From: Nostoc sp. DedSLP01 | GTDB taxonomy: Bacteria; Cyanobacteriota; Cyanobacteriia; Cyanobacteriales; Nostocaceae | Length of the DNA stretch: 64,000 nt | Assembly (NCBI GenBank): GCA_034530875.2 | Contig: JAVRCJ020000005.1 | Coordinates: 1-64,000 of the forward strand | Reading direction: 5' to 3' | Shown here: piece by piece, positions 9,253-19,924 of the stretch | Layout: each line of letters starts with the position of its first letter | Numbering within the stretch: position 1 is the stretch's first letter | Made by a program: the position numbers and the translations under genes | Notes under the pieces: generated by a model | Databases searched by the model: none | What the model was told of the DNA's origin: nothing | Seen by the model: only the letters and a program-made list of their open reading frames with translations

Positions 9253-10332
9253 TTAATCTTCATAAGGAGCTATTTCACTCCAGCTATAACCCATATAATT
9301 AGTCAGTCCAACTAAAATAGGATTCCATTTTCGGCGTAAAGAAACATACATAGAAGCACCATACTCTAAATCTAGTGTTGTTTCTATACCCTCTTCTCTA
9401 AATTTTGCTACTGCATAATAATATCGCTTGCGCCATACTTCTTCTAAGGAAGTATCTACATTCAAACTTTTTTTTGGCAAAAAAAAGCTAGACAACTCCA
9501 TCAGCAGTTGTTGACTACCACCCCATAATTCTGCTAGGGCTGTGGAATGAATTATTGAAGGATACTTTTGGGCGTTTAATGCAGTTTTCATTAAAGTTGC
9601 TGTATCCATTGTCAAAAGTAATATTCGTGGTAAAGCATAATAAGTTTGCCGAAAGCGAAAATAAAGTAGTGCTGGGTAAGAGTGCTGTGATTCCAGCAAG
9701 TTAATTAAATCTCTAGCCATGTTGGAAATATCTTGCTGTATGCCACTAAGTTTGCCACTAGAGCCTAATCGGGCTAATATTTCTGTTGCGTCTGCTGTAC
9801 CAGCACAACGGTGATGTAAGCTTAAAGCAAACGTATTACGTCTGATGAGTGCGCTGTAAATTGATAGTAGATAAGTAATTGTCAAAGTAAAGATTGAAAA
9901 GCCAAGCGCAGCTTCTAGAATCATCAGCAGTTGTTGAAAGCTTGATTCTGGTGTCAAATCTCCTGTACCAAGGGTTGTTAGTGAAAAGCCACTATAGTAA
10001 AGTGCAGTAATAAAATTAGTCTCCGTCCAACCATCACTAGATTGAATATCCGAACCTAACTCAGGCCAAATAATTAAAGCAAAACCGCAGATTAACAAGC
10101 ATATCCATACTGTTACTGTTGCAATCATCAACATCGGCCCATTATGGGTAAGTACCATCTCGTCCTTGAAAGGACTAATATGTGCAATCAATCGAAACAA
10201 TCGCCACATTGCTTTACCTAGTGGCAAACTCAGTAAACTACTACCAAGACGAGGAAACAACACTGTCAAGTAAATATCTACAAGCGATACAGTTACCAGC
10301 GCTACGCCTACTATTTGCACTACCAAATTCAT
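9253..10332 (-). CDS. potassium-channel-family (Ion_trans_2) membrane protein
   Basis: TM helices flanking pore motif LYYSGFSLTTLGTGD. Confidence 0.85.
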   Translation of the reverse strand: MNLVVQIVGVALVTVSLVDIYLTVLFPRLGSSLLSLPLGKAMWRLFRLIAHISPFKDEMVLTHNGPMLMIATVTVWICLLICGFALIIWPELGSDIQSSDGWTETNFITALYYSGFSLTTLGTGDLTPESSFQQLLMILEAALGFSIFTLTITYLLSIYSALIRRNTFALSLHHRCAGTADATEILARLGSSGKLSGIQQDISNMARDLINLLESQHSYPALLYFRFRQTYYALPRILLLTMDTATLMKTALNAQKYPSIIHSTALAELWGGSQQLLMELSSFFLPKKSLNVDTSLEEVWRKRYYYAVAKFREEGIETTLDLEYGASMYVSLRRKWNPILVGLTNYMGYSWSEIAPYED

Positions 10333-10461
10333 TTCAACTTGATGCTTTTATTGCTGCCATTTCAAAGATTAATCAAAAATCTTTGCTAAAAGCTAATTAT
10401 AAGCACTAAATCAACCTCTAGATAGGTAAAGCAATACTCTTAAGGGTATAACTGTGTCACA

Positions 10462-10590
10462 TATAGGACTCATATTTGAATTCTGAAAAAAATCAGTACA
10501 CCTAAACAAGACTTCTTTCCTACTCCCCACTCCCCACTCCCTACTCCCTGTCTACGCAAGTAAATTCACAAATCAAACCAGATTCCTATA
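10462..10590 (+). mobile_element. MITE-like element with TA ends and internal STRR (CCCCACT)
   Basis: TATAGGACTCATATTTGA...TCAAACCAGATTCCTATA imperfect TIRs; inverted copy at 31144-31265. Confidence 0.75.
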
Positions 10591-10593
10591 TCA

Positions 10594-10809
10594 CTACTGA
10601 TTACACTTCACCAACTGTCTCTCCAGCATCACAAAAACTCACTGCGGAAACTCGCCACCAGTTTCTCGATCGCAATCCTCACTCGCTGGGTCATCCGCCC
10701 AACACTCCATCAAAAACTTAACCCCTGGATTTTCGCGCAATTGTTCTGCCATCTTGAGCTTCTCCATTGTCCAAGGCCGCACTCTCGATCCCATTTTTAA
10801 CTTTTCCAT
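10594..10809 (-). pseudogene. frameshifted C-terminal fragment of an unknown (possibly plasmid-type) protein
   Basis: MEKLKMGSRVRPWTMEKLKMAEQLRENPGVKFLMECWADDPA followed by a shifted IAIEKLVA segment. Confidence 0.35.
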
Positions 10810-10919
10810 CCGCTAGGGTCACGCCTTTCTTTGACCGTGCTGCGATCGCCCCTCACTTGTGGTATTACTCCCCCACCGCGAACTAGTCTAAACCATATTG
10901 GGAATATTTTGAAATTTTT

Positions 10920-10933
10920 GTAGCTTTAAATAC
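10920..10933 (+). promoter_or_regulatory. NtcA-binding site upstream of the guanidine operon
   Basis: GTA-GCTTTAAA-TAC, perfect GTA-N8-TAC, ~90 bp upstream of the riboswitch. Confidence 0.7.
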
Positions 10934-11019
10934 TTTTTCGTGCAATGTCTTTTGATATCTATAAACTTGAGTATAAAAAACCAAACATCAAAGGCAACTA
11001 TTAGCAATTGGGTAAAAAT

Positions 11020-11128
11020 GAATAGCTTCTAGGGTTCCGGTTTAACATTTTTAAAGTTAAATGACTGGTCCGAGAGGAGCAGCCAGTTTGTCAAAAACTG
11101 GTCACACGGCGGGAAAAAAGCCCGGGAG
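11020..11128 (+). promoter_or_regulatory. guanidine-I (ykkC-yxkD) riboswitch
   Basis: Conserved blocks CTAGGGTTCCG, GGTCCGAGAG, ACACGGCGGGA-AAAAGCCCGGGAG. Downstream CCCGGGCT (11160-11167) can pair with the aptamer 3' end. Lies upstream of guanidine hydrolase. Confidence 0.93.
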
Positions 11129-11210
11129 ACACATAACAGAATATTATCTGTTATGGTTACCCGGGCTGTAATTTTGCCTTGCAAATCTTCCAAATTTCAT
11201 TTCCCGAAAT

Positions 11211-12404
11211 ATGACTGAACAATCTTTTACCGATCCTAATTCTCATTTTCAGCCAAATTCTACGCAAGCAGGGCGCGCACTAGAAAAAGAAGCCAATTTA
11301 CCGCTAACAGGTTGGCAGCAGGAGGTTTCTAGAGGTATAGAATTTGGGTTAGAAGCAGCAGAAAGTATACGCGATCGTTCAATTCCTACCTTTTCTCGCG
11401 GAGAACTACCCCATTTCGCTGGAATTAATACTTTTTTAAAAGCACCATATTTAGAAGATGTGCGAAAAGTTGGTGAATATGATGTGGCTGTTGTCGGCGT
11501 CCCACACGATTCTGGAACAACTTATCGACCCGGAACGCGTTTTGGCCCCCAAGGAATTCGGAGAATCTCTGCATTATATACTCCCTATAACTTTGAATTG
11601 GGTGTAGATTTGCGCGAACAGATTACTTTATGTGATGTTGGCGACATTTTCACCATTCCTGCTAATAATGAAAAGTCCTTCGATCAGATATCCAAAGGTA
11701 TTGCACATATCTTTAGTTCTGGTGCATTTCCAATCATTATGGGAGGCGATCATTCCATCGGCTTTCCCACAGTTCGTGGTGTTTGTCGTCATTTAGGCGA
11801 TAAAAAAGTCGGGATTATTCACTTCGATCGCCATGTGGATACCCAAGAAACAGACCTCGACGAAAGAATGCATACTTGTCCTTGGTTTCATGCGACAAAT
11901 ATTAAAAACGCGCCAGCAAAAAACCTCGTGCAATTAGGAATTGGTGGCTGGCAAGTACCGCGTCAAGGAGTGAAAGTTTGTCGAGAAAGAGCCACAAATA
12001 TTTTAACAGTAACCGACATCACTGAAATGGGGCTAGATGCAGCCGTCAACTTTGCACTAGAAAGAGCATTAGACGGTACAGATTGCGTTTATATCAGTTT
12101 TGATATTGATTGCATTGATGCTGGGTTTGTCCCTGGAACCGGTTGGCCCGAACCCGGTGGATTATTACCCCGTGAAGCCTTGTATTTATTGGGTAAAATT
12201 GTGCAAAACGCACCAATTTGTGGATTAGAAGTTGTGGAAGTTTCACCGCCTTATGATATTAGCGATATGACATCATTAATGGCGGCGCGAGTAATTTGTG
12301 ATACGATGGCGCATTTAGTTGTCTCCGGTCAATTACCGCGCAAACAAAAACCTGCATATATTCATCCCGCAGCCCAACCACAATTAATTGAGGAATGGAG
12401 GTGA
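11211..12404 (+). CDS. gdmH: Ni-dependent guanidine hydrolase (agmatinase/ureohydrolase family)
   Basis: GGDHS, HFDRHVD, SFDIDCIDAGFVPGTGWPEPGG; riboswitch and hypA/hypB-like neighbours. Confidence 0.9.
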   Translation: MTEQSFTDPNSHFQPNSTQAGRALEKEANLPLTGWQQEVSRGIEFGLEAAESIRDRSIPTFSRGELPHFAGINTFLKAPYLEDVRKVGEYDVAVVGVPHDSGTTYRPGTRFGPQGIRRISALYTPYNFELGVDLREQITLCDVGDIFTIPANNEKSFDQISKGIAHIFSSGAFPIIMGGDHSIGFPTVRGVCRHLGDKKVGIIHFDRHVDTQETDLDERMHTCPWFHATNIKNAPAKNLVQLGIGGWQVPRQGVKVCRERATNILTVTDITEMGLDAAVNFALERALDGTDCVYISFDIDCIDAGFVPGTGWPEPGGLLPREALYLLGKIVQNAPICGLEVVEVSPPYDISDMTSLMAARVICDTMAHLVVSGQLPRKQKPAYIHPAAQPQLIEEWR

Positions 12405-12407
12405 GTT

Positions 12408-12770
12408 TTGCACGAAACTGATATGACAAAGGCACTAATCTTAACAGTCAAAGATTGGTGGGAATCCCAACCCGAACGGCCAGAAATTTCTCAAGTTCAC
12501 TTAATTGTCGGTAAGTTCACCTGTGTTGAACCTGCAAGTTTACAATTTGCTTTTGAAGTGCAAACCCGCAATACTTTTTTAGAAAAAGTCAAACTGATAA
12601 TTCAAGAAATACCATTGATTGCCTTTTGTCATCGTTGTCAACAGGAATATTTACCGCAAATTGGTTTGCAGTACGCCTGTCCTGAGTGTAATTCTCCAAT
12701 GGAGGATATTCGCTCGGGTAGAGAGTTAAAAATTGATAGAATTGAGTGCGCTTATGCATCAAACATTTGA
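12408..12770 (+). CDS. ghaA: HypA-like nickel metallochaperone
   Basis: MHE N-terminus (TTG start, GGAGGT RBS); CxxC pairs CHRC and CPEC. Confidence 0.88.
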   Translation: MHETDMTKALILTVKDWWESQPERPEISQVHLIVGKFTCVEPASLQFAFEVQTRNTFLEKVKLIIQEIPLIAFCHRCQQEYLPQIGLQYACPECNSPMEDIRSGRELKIDRIECAYASNI

Positions 12771-13443
12771 CGTAGCATTAGGAATTAATTTACTCCATGC
12801 TAATCAACAAGGCGCTGACCATAACCGAGCGCATTTTGATAAATGGGGAATCACTTGTTTCAACATTATGAGTAGTCCTGGTGCGGGGAAAACAGCACTA
12901 CTAGAAAGCACCCTTGCAGCTTTAAATCATGAAGTCAAAATCGCTGTTATTGAAGGAGATATGACCACCAATTTAGATGCAGAACGGCTGCGAAAATATG
13001 GTGTTCCTGTAATTGCAATTAATACAGGTCGTTCTTGTCATTTAGATTCCCAAATGGTAGCAGGTGGAATTCATCAACTCGAACACGAATATAATCCTTA
13101 TGACTTTGATTTAGTGCTGGTGGAAAATGTTGGTAATTTAGTTTGTCCTGCTGAATTTGAAGTGGGAGAACACGTAAAAGTTGCTTTATTAAGCATCACT
13201 GAAGGCGAAGATAAACCACTGAAATACCCGATTATGTTTCAAGAAGCTGATTGTTTGCTGATTACAAAAACAGATTTAGCTCCTTATCTAGATATTGATA
13301 TTCGCCGCATTGAAGCAAACGTCCGTCAAATGAATCCCAATGTTGAGATTATTCCTGTTTCTGCTAAAACAGGCGAGGGATTAGAAGCTTGGTTTAATTG
13401 GGTACGGTTGCAAGTTTTCCAGCAACTACAAAATTCTAGTTAA
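12754..13443 (+). CDS. ghaB: HypB-like GTPase nickel chaperone
   Basis: [38 protein letters not shown] 12754. Confidence 0.9.
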   Translation: MHQTFDVALGINLLHANQQGADHNRAHFDKWGITCFNIMSSPGAGKTALLESTLAALNHEVKIAVIEGDMTTNLDAERLRKYGVPVIAINTGRSCHLDSQMVAGGIHQLEHEYNPYDFDLVLVENVGNLVCPAEFEVGEHVKVALLSITEGEDKPLKYPIMFQEADCLLITKTDLAPYLDIDIRRIEANVRQMNPNVEIIPVSAKTGEGLEAWFNWVRLQVFQQLQNSS

Positions 13444-13528
13444 GTATTAGAGCGCGTATGATTTTGGATTGCTATATATCTTTTAGTTGGAGTTGCTTGT
13501 CAAAAAGCGTAAATCAGAGTGAAACACA

Positions 13529-14566
13529 ATGAATATTCGCAGGTTATCATCTCTATTCACAATCTTTTTATTCGCGCTTTTTATTGCAGTTAGTTGTACG
13601 CCAAATCCAAAAACTAACACACCGCAAGCTTCTAATACTTCAGTTAGTACCGCACCAATTCAAGTTGGTTTTAGTGCTTGGCCTGGTTGGTTTCCTTGGC
13701 AAGTTTCCCAAGAGCAAAAGTTATTTGAGAAAAACAAAGTTAATGTAGATTTGAAGTGGTTTGATGGCTATTTGGATTCTATCAATGCTTTACGAGCAGG
13801 TCAACTTAATGCCAATACCCAAACTTTGAATGATACCATTAGCTCAGTAGCAGCAGGTTCGGATCAAGTAATTGTTTTAGTCAATGATAATTCAACTGGT
13901 AATGACAAAATTATTGCGCGAGAAGGAATTAACAGTATTGCTGACCTCAAAGGTAAAAAAATTGCTGTTGAAGAAGGAACAGTTGACCATTTTCTGTTAT
14001 TACTTGGTTTGTCGAAAGTCGGTTTAACTCAAAGTGATATTCAGTTTCAGCCACTAGAAACAGGTGCAGCCGCAGCCGCTTTTGTCGCCGGTCAAGTTGA
14101 TGCAGTTGGAGTTTTTGCACCCTTCACGACGAAGGCTTTATCGCGTTCTGGGAGCAAAGAATTATTCAGTTCTAAAGACTTTCCGGGTGCAATTCCCGAC
14201 CATTTAGTTGTCAGTCGCAAACTGATTAACGAACATCCACAAGATGTACAAGCTTTAGTCAATACTTGGTTTGCTACTCTTGATTTTATCAAAGCCAACC
14301 GAGACAAAGCTTATGAAATTATGGCGAAACGTGCTGGTGTGTCAGTTGCAGAATATAAGGCTTATGATGCAGGCACTAAAATCTTTTCTATAGAAGATAA
14401 TTTGCAAGCTTTTAGTCCTGGTAATGACATGAAATCGCTCAGTTTTGCTGCTGGTAAAATTAGCAAATTTCTTGTTGACGCTGGTTTGACAAAACAAGCA
14501 CCTAATCTCAATCAAATCTTTGATAACCGCTTTGTAAAAGCCTACGCTACGAAGCAGAAATCATGA
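13529..14566 (+). CDS. ABC transporter substrate-binding lipoprotein (SsuA/NMT1 family; likely guanidine uptake)
   Basis: Lipobox IAVSC, GFSAWPGWFPW; operon context. Confidence 0.88.
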   Translation: MNIRRLSSLFTIFLFALFIAVSCTPNPKTNTPQASNTSVSTAPIQVGFSAWPGWFPWQVSQEQKLFEKNKVNVDLKWFDGYLDSINALRAGQLNANTQTLNDTISSVAAGSDQVIVLVNDNSTGNDKIIAREGINSIADLKGKKIAVEEGTVDHFLLLLGLSKVGLTQSDIQFQPLETGAAAAAFVAGQVDAVGVFAPFTTKALSRSGSKELFSSKDFPGAIPDHLVVSRKLINEHPQDVQALVNTWFATLDFIKANRDKAYEIMAKRAGVSVAEYKAYDAGTKIFSIEDNLQAFSPGNDMKSLSFAAGKISKFLVDAGLTKQAPNLNQIFDNRFVKAYATKQKS

Positions 14567-15411
14567 ACCAACAAACTGAAGAATCGCTAGAAGTAAACTC
14601 TCAGCTGACTCCAAAAATCTTATCACAAACTATTTTTTGGCGCATTGCTGAGGATATCCCCAAAAATTTAGCTTGGGCTTTGATGTTCTTGTCCATCACG
14701 ATACCGATAATTTTGTGGTGGATTGTTTCTAATACTGGATTAATTCCATCTTTATTTCTGCCTACTCCTAATCAAGTCTGGAATGCATTTCAAAGACTTT
14801 TAGCAAGTGGTGATTTACAAAAAGATATTGCTTTTAGTTTGTTTCGGGTGATAGCTGGTTTTTCCCTAGCGGCAATTGTTTCTATTCCATTAGGCACTTT
14901 AATGGGAACATTTGCTAGTATTCGGGCATTACTAGAACCGATTATTGGTATTGTACGCTATATGCCAGCCCCAGCTTTTATTCCTTTACTAATTTTATAT
15001 TTGGGACTGGGAGAAACTCCAAAAATTATGCTGATTTTTATTGGCACGCTGTTTTTTAACACCTTAATGGTGATGGATGCAGTTAAATTTGTCCCTAAGC
15101 ATTTATTGGAAACTACTTATACTTTAGGAGGTCAAAGAAAACAAGTTTTATTACAAGTTATTTTTCCATTTATTCTGCCCAATATCATTGATGCTTGTCG
15201 TGTTAACATGGCAGCATCTTGGAACTTAGTGATTGTTTCGGAATTAGTGGCAGCAACAGAAGGTTTAGGTCGTAGAATTAGTGTTGCCCAAAGATTTCTG
15301 AAAACAGATGAAATTTTTGCTGGATTGATTGTAATTGGCTTGATTGGTTTAGCAATTGACCTTTTGTTTCGGTTGTTACTGCGTGTATGTTGTAGTTGGG
15401 CTAAAGAGTAA
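14563..15411 (+). CDS. ABC transporter permease (SsuC/TauC-like)
   Basis: RYMPAPAFIPLLILYLG, EAA-like loop, ELVAATEGLG; ATGA overlap with the upstream gene. Confidence 0.9.
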   Translation: MNQQTEESLEVNSQLTPKILSQTIFWRIAEDIPKNLAWALMFLSITIPIILWWIVSNTGLIPSLFLPTPNQVWNAFQRLLASGDLQKDIAFSLFRVIAGFSLAAIVSIPLGTLMGTFASIRALLEPIIGIVRYMPAPAFIPLLILYLGLGETPKIMLIFIGTLFFNTLMVMDAVKFVPKHLLETTYTLGGQRKQVLLQVIFPFILPNIIDACRVNMAASWNLVIVSELVAATEGLGRRISVAQRFLKTDEIFAGLIVIGLIGLAIDLLFRLLLRVCCSWAKE

Positions 15412-15629
15412 AAAAGGAGTCATGAGTCAGAATCCTTTACTTATAAAATATGAAACAAGAGAGTACAAAATAAAAGAAATATTTTAGTTTTGTTTCGTTC
15501 ATAATTCGGCTTAGTTTTAAACCAATAATTCATTACTCAGTCGGACTCCAATTCGATTAAATTCTGAATTCTGACTCCTGAGTTCTGAATTCTTCCCCTA
15601 AAAAATCCACATCTCAAAATTGGTTATTT

Positions 15630-16430
15630 ATGCATTTAGAAGTTAATCAACTCCACAAACAATTTCAAACTAGACGCGGTTCGTTAACTGCACTGAAAAA
15701 TATTAACTTGCATGTAGAAGAGGGTGAATTTGTCTGTGCAGTGGGAGCAAGTGGTTCTGGTAAATCAACTTTGCTGCGGTTAATTGCAGGGTTAGAAACT
15801 CCAACGGGGGGGGAGATTTTGGTTGATGGGGTACGCGTCACAGGGCCGGGGTGCGATCGCGGTATGGTATTTCAAAGCTACACCCTCTATCCTTGGATGA
15901 ATGCGATGGAAAATGTCGAATTTGGCTTAAAGCTACAAGGTGTATCTAAAGTCGAGCGACGACAACAAGCTGCTTATTATTTAGAAATGGTGGGGTTGTC
16001 ACGATTTGCTAAAACGCTACCGCAGGAACTATCTGGTGGGATGAAACAACGCGTAGCGATCGCCCGTGCTTTAGCATCCAAACCCAAAATTTTACTTATG
16101 GATGAACCCTTTGGTGCGTTGGATGTGCAGACAAAAGAAGTAATGCAACAATTTCTATTAGAAATTTGGCAGAACGCAAATACTACAATTTTCCTTATCA
16201 CTCACGATGTTGAGGAAGCAATTTTTTTATCTCAACGCATCTACGTGTTAAGTTCGCGACCAGGCACTATTAAACAAGAATTGCAAATTCAATTGCCGAG
16301 TCAATACGATCCTCAAATCAAACGTTATCCCATCTTTCAGAAATACAAAGATGAAGTAATGAAACTTTTATGTGATGATAGTTCTAATTTAGATAATACT
16401 GTAGAGCAGCTACCTATATACCAATTCTAA
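15630..16430 (+). CDS. ABC transporter ATP-binding protein
   Basis: GASGSGKS, LSGGMKQR, LLMDEPF. Confidence 0.95.
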   Translation: MHLEVNQLHKQFQTRRGSLTALKNINLHVEEGEFVCAVGASGSGKSTLLRLIAGLETPTGGEILVDGVRVTGPGCDRGMVFQSYTLYPWMNAMENVEFGLKLQGVSKVERRQQAAYYLEMVGLSRFAKTLPQELSGGMKQRVAIARALASKPKILLMDEPFGALDVQTKEVMQQFLLEIWQNANTTIFLITHDVEEAIFLSQRIYVLSSRPGTIKQELQIQLPSQYDPQIKRYPIFQKYKDEVMKLLCDDSSNLDNTVEQLPIYQF

Positions 16431-16606
16431 ATGAGAAAGTGAAATTTTGGATCGAGGCTGTTGAGCGTTAACATTTCATACAAAATATGATTGCTATATC
16501 ACTCATTTAACTGGTGTTAAAGTTTGTTTTTATAGACTTTTCATAAATAACATTCACTAAAATTATTTACATATTTATCTACCAGGTTTTAGAAAAAGTT
16601 TTGATT

Positions 16607-17500
16607 TTATTGAGATTTTTGAGCATCTATAACCAATTGATTTAACTCTTGTTGCATTTGGTTATGAACTAATTCATAACAACGATTCACATAATTACGA
16701 TCCTTAGCTGCATCTTGACCATATCTTTCAAAAGTAATTGGATGACATACACGAGTATGAATCTGCACAGGTAGAGGAATATTAGGCAGAGGCCCAATAG
16801 ACAAGCCCCAAGGTAAACCTAAATAAATTGGGAAAATGCCTGGGTCTATTTGATAAAACCACGGCAATCCCAACTGATGTAATTGTTTAACTAAATCATA
16901 GCAATCACATAAAACAATCAACGTATCATGAGCGCCTACAGAAATCACTGGAATAATTGGAACTTCTTGTTTTAAAGCCAGTTTGACAAAGCCGCGATTA
17001 CCAGCAAAATGAATTTTATGGCGTTGGCTATGATTCCGAAACATATCATATTGTCCTCCCGGATATACCAGAACGCTAGCCCCCATCTCAAAAGCTGCAC
17101 TAGCCATCTTTGGATGTGCAACAATCGCTCCAACTTTCTGAGCTAATTGGGCTATCTCTGGACTCACTTTCCAAGCATAAGGGTGCATTAGACCATACAC
17201 CAAACGCTCTGTTCCAAATCTAGAAAACCAATCATACATCATCATTACTAAATCTGGAGAAGCCATTCCACCGTTATGAGAACCGACCAGTAGGACTTTT
17301 CCTTCTGTTGGTATGTGATGCCATCCATCAGTTTTTACTTGAAAATAGTAATGGTAAAACCATGACCATACAGGCATTAGTAATTCAATCAAATTAACAT
17401 CTCGCTGTGTTAAAGACCATTGAATTTTATCTAATAGTTCTGCTTTTGAGGAGTTGTTAGTGCTAATATAATTTTCCTCTACCTGTTTTGGTAATTCCAT
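16607..17500 (-). CDS. lysophospholipid/glycerol acyltransferase family protein
   Basis: VGSHNGG..PD, VLVYPGG, GFVKLAL. Confidence 0.85.
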   Translation of the reverse strand: MELPKQVEENYISTNNSSKAELLDKIQWSLTQRDVNLIELLMPVWSWFYHYYFQVKTDGWHHIPTEGKVLLVGSHNGGMASPDLVMMMYDWFSRFGTERLVYGLMHPYAWKVSPEIAQLAQKVGAIVAHPKMASAAFEMGASVLVYPGGQYDMFRNHSQRHKIHFAGNRGFVKLALKQEVPIIPVISVGAHDTLIVLCDCYDLVKQLHQLGLPWFYQIDPGIFPIYLGLPWGLSIGPLPNIPLPVQIHTRVCHPITFERYGQDAAKDRNYVNRCYELVHNQMQQELNQLVIDAQKSQ

Positions 17501-17689
17501 AAATAGTTCAGTGCAAACATTCCTTCATACTAACAGTATAGAACTTACGTGTTTAGCACCTGTTCAAAAATAAGGAAAGCCAGCCTTCGCTTTCCTTATT
17601 TCATGACAACCCCTTAGCTGAGATATTGAAACTAAGAATGAAAAACTAAGACAACACCCGATGCTCAATTACAAAATTCCGAAAAAATT

Positions 17690-17929
17690 GTGAATTTTGG
17701 TGACACTAGCTTTGATAGAAGCTTTGTTGCTGGCGATCGCTTCTTGTGCCTCAAGTATTTATATGGCAGCAGTACTAATAATATCAAGGCAGATGCAGCA
17801 ATTGTTTTAGGAGCGGCAGTTTGGGGAGAAGAACCATCTCCTGTTTTCAGAGAGCGAATTAACCACGCCATTAATTTATATAAAAATGACTACAAAAATC
17901 TAGCAATAGCTAGATGTGATAATCCTTAA
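17690..17929 (+). pseudogene. truncated YdcF/DUF218-family gene
   Basis: ADAAIVLGAAVW...SPVFRERINHAINLY, then premature end; degenerate N-terminus. Confidence 0.7.
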
Positions 17930-17970
17930 AAACGCTATAGCCTACAATTGTTGAGTAGAAAGATTCGCTT

Positions 17971-19329
17971 GTGGATGCCATAGTAAAAAGATCGCACGCA
18001 CTCAAACAAGCCTTGGTTGATTTTGTCCTAGATGCTGACGGCGAACTAGCACAAGCACTCGACATTTATGCAGCTGCACAGATACCTAGCGGTAATGGCG
18101 GTAGCACCCAACAACAAGTAATCATTGACAGGTTTATTACAGAAGGGAAAATTGGCGATCGCTCACCTATAGAATTATTTATCGCCAGTCATGCAGATTT
18201 ATCACAGAGCGATCGCAATCTACTCAATAGCTGGCATCGTAGTTTTATTGGTTTATTTACTATCACCCAGATTTTACCTGATGGCTTAGAACTCATGAAC
18301 TGGCTGACAGCTAAACATTACATAGTTCTGACAGCTAAAAATTACATTGTCAAGTCTAGCAGCCCTGAAAAACAACCAGCCATATCTCGTTTCAAGCCAG
18401 GAGATATTTTACTAACACGCATTTCTCCTCTTACTGATAATCAGTGGATATTTTCTGGCTCTCACACATTTATGGGTAAACTCGGTAAGCCAAAACTCGC
18501 CATCGCCATTGGAAATTTTAAAGATAATTATAAAAGTTATCTTTACAGCGATGCTCCAGACTTGCTAGAACAAGCATGGCAGTCAGTAGAGCAATATCAT
18601 CAGCAGTTTGTTGAGTTTTTTGGGAGTGATGAAGTTACATTACCAGGATACCAACTCAATAAAAAGATAATTGAATTTCAAGAAATTATCAGCGATAAAT
18701 ATTTCAAAGCTGCCGGACTTGATAGTTACAAATCTGTGAATGAAATAGTAGCAAAAGCTGGTATTGGTGCAGAAGAAATTATCGCCACTGCTAAAGAATT
18801 TGGAATTAATACTAACCCTGTTTCTCAAATATTGGATGGGAAAAACAGCAAGCAAAAAATGGTTACACCTCAAGTAGATTTACCTGCTGGACTCAAGAAA
18901 GCAGAACAAGTCACAGCCATTTCTCACCCACGTTGGGGATTAATGTTTTTATCAACATATACTAAATTCACAACTATATTATTAGCTGATGATTGGCAAA
19001 GTAGTGAAGGTGCAGCAAAACTAATTCGTCACTACTTGAAAGATAAAAATATTAATGCTTATATCTGGCATCGGTTAGCACAAAAATATCCCACTCAATT
19101 AGAAAAAGTCTTGCAAGATTTCTTGCAACGTCCTGAGTTTAGCCTGAGCAATGATTTAAATAAAATTTTGCAAGAGTATGGTAAACCTATCGAGCCAGAA
19201 TTACCAGAAATTGCTAGTGTTCCTTTACATCTACATAATTTATTTCAAGAAGCACTTACAGAAGTTAATAAATCTAAACCTAAAGGTAAAGGACAAAAAC
19301 AACCAGCGAAAGGTTTTCAAAGAGGTTAG
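17971..19329 (+). CDS. conserved hypothetical protein
   Basis: 452-aa uninterrupted ORF, GTG start; internal 24-bp duplication at 18304-18351. Confidence 0.8.
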   Translation: MDAIVKRSHALKQALVDFVLDADGELAQALDIYAAAQIPSGNGGSTQQQVIIDRFITEGKIGDRSPIELFIASHADLSQSDRNLLNSWHRSFIGLFTITQILPDGLELMNWLTAKHYIVLTAKNYIVKSSSPEKQPAISRFKPGDILLTRISPLTDNQWIFSGSHTFMGKLGKPKLAIAIGNFKDNYKSYLYSDAPDLLEQAWQSVEQYHQQFVEFFGSDEVTLPGYQLNKKIIEFQEIISDKYFKAAGLDSYKSVNEIVAKAGIGAEEIIATAKEFGINTNPVSQILDGKNSKQKMVTPQVDLPAGLKKAEQVTAISHPRWGLMFLSTYTKFTTILLADDWQSSEGAAKLIRHYLKDKNINAYIWHRLAQKYPTQLEKVLQDFLQRPEFSLSNDLNKILQEYGKPIEPELPEIASVPLHLHNLFQEALTEVNKSKPKGKGQKQPAKGFQRG

Positions 19330-19924
19330 TTTAATACCCTACGTCTGCTTGAATCAAAAGTAAATAATACATAATGGGTATTTGTAAATTTGAACGCTTA
19401 ACGGTATCAAAAGCTAGAGTTTAAAGAGTTTATATAATTGGCTGCTTTTCGCAATTAAAAAACACAAAATACAGCAAGGCTTTAGTGGGTTTAAATCTCT
19501 ATCATATTTTTTGTGGAATAGTATTACACATTTAGCTTAGAAACGTATGCTACATCAAAAACTTTTTTCGGATTTTGTTGCAGCAACGAACTAATCGCAC
19601 CAATCAAAAATTTGCCGTCAAACTCTGCTTTCATGGGAATACTATTAGCTTTGGTGTGCGGATCTGGTTTTTTTGATTGAGTTGGACTCGGCTTTGAAGA
19701 ACTATTTTAGTGCGTCAGCGTTACCGTAAATTTGCTTGATTTCCACATACATAAGCTGAAGTTATTAATTTCTGGCGATCGCTGCTGAGAATAAATACAA
19801 AGATAGGTTAGGACGAGCTTGATTGTTCAAAGTCCAATACAATTCAGATAAGACTTTTTTCTTTGCCTGCCTGCTTCAACAAATAACAGTCTAAGGTATT
19901 GTTATTAGAGTGTGGCGGAACATA

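Noticed and set aside
12408..13443. hypA/hypB as hydrogenase maturation genes
   Set aside because: No hydrogenase genes nearby; the position behind a guanidine riboswitch and ureohydrolase indicates Ni chaperones for GdmH
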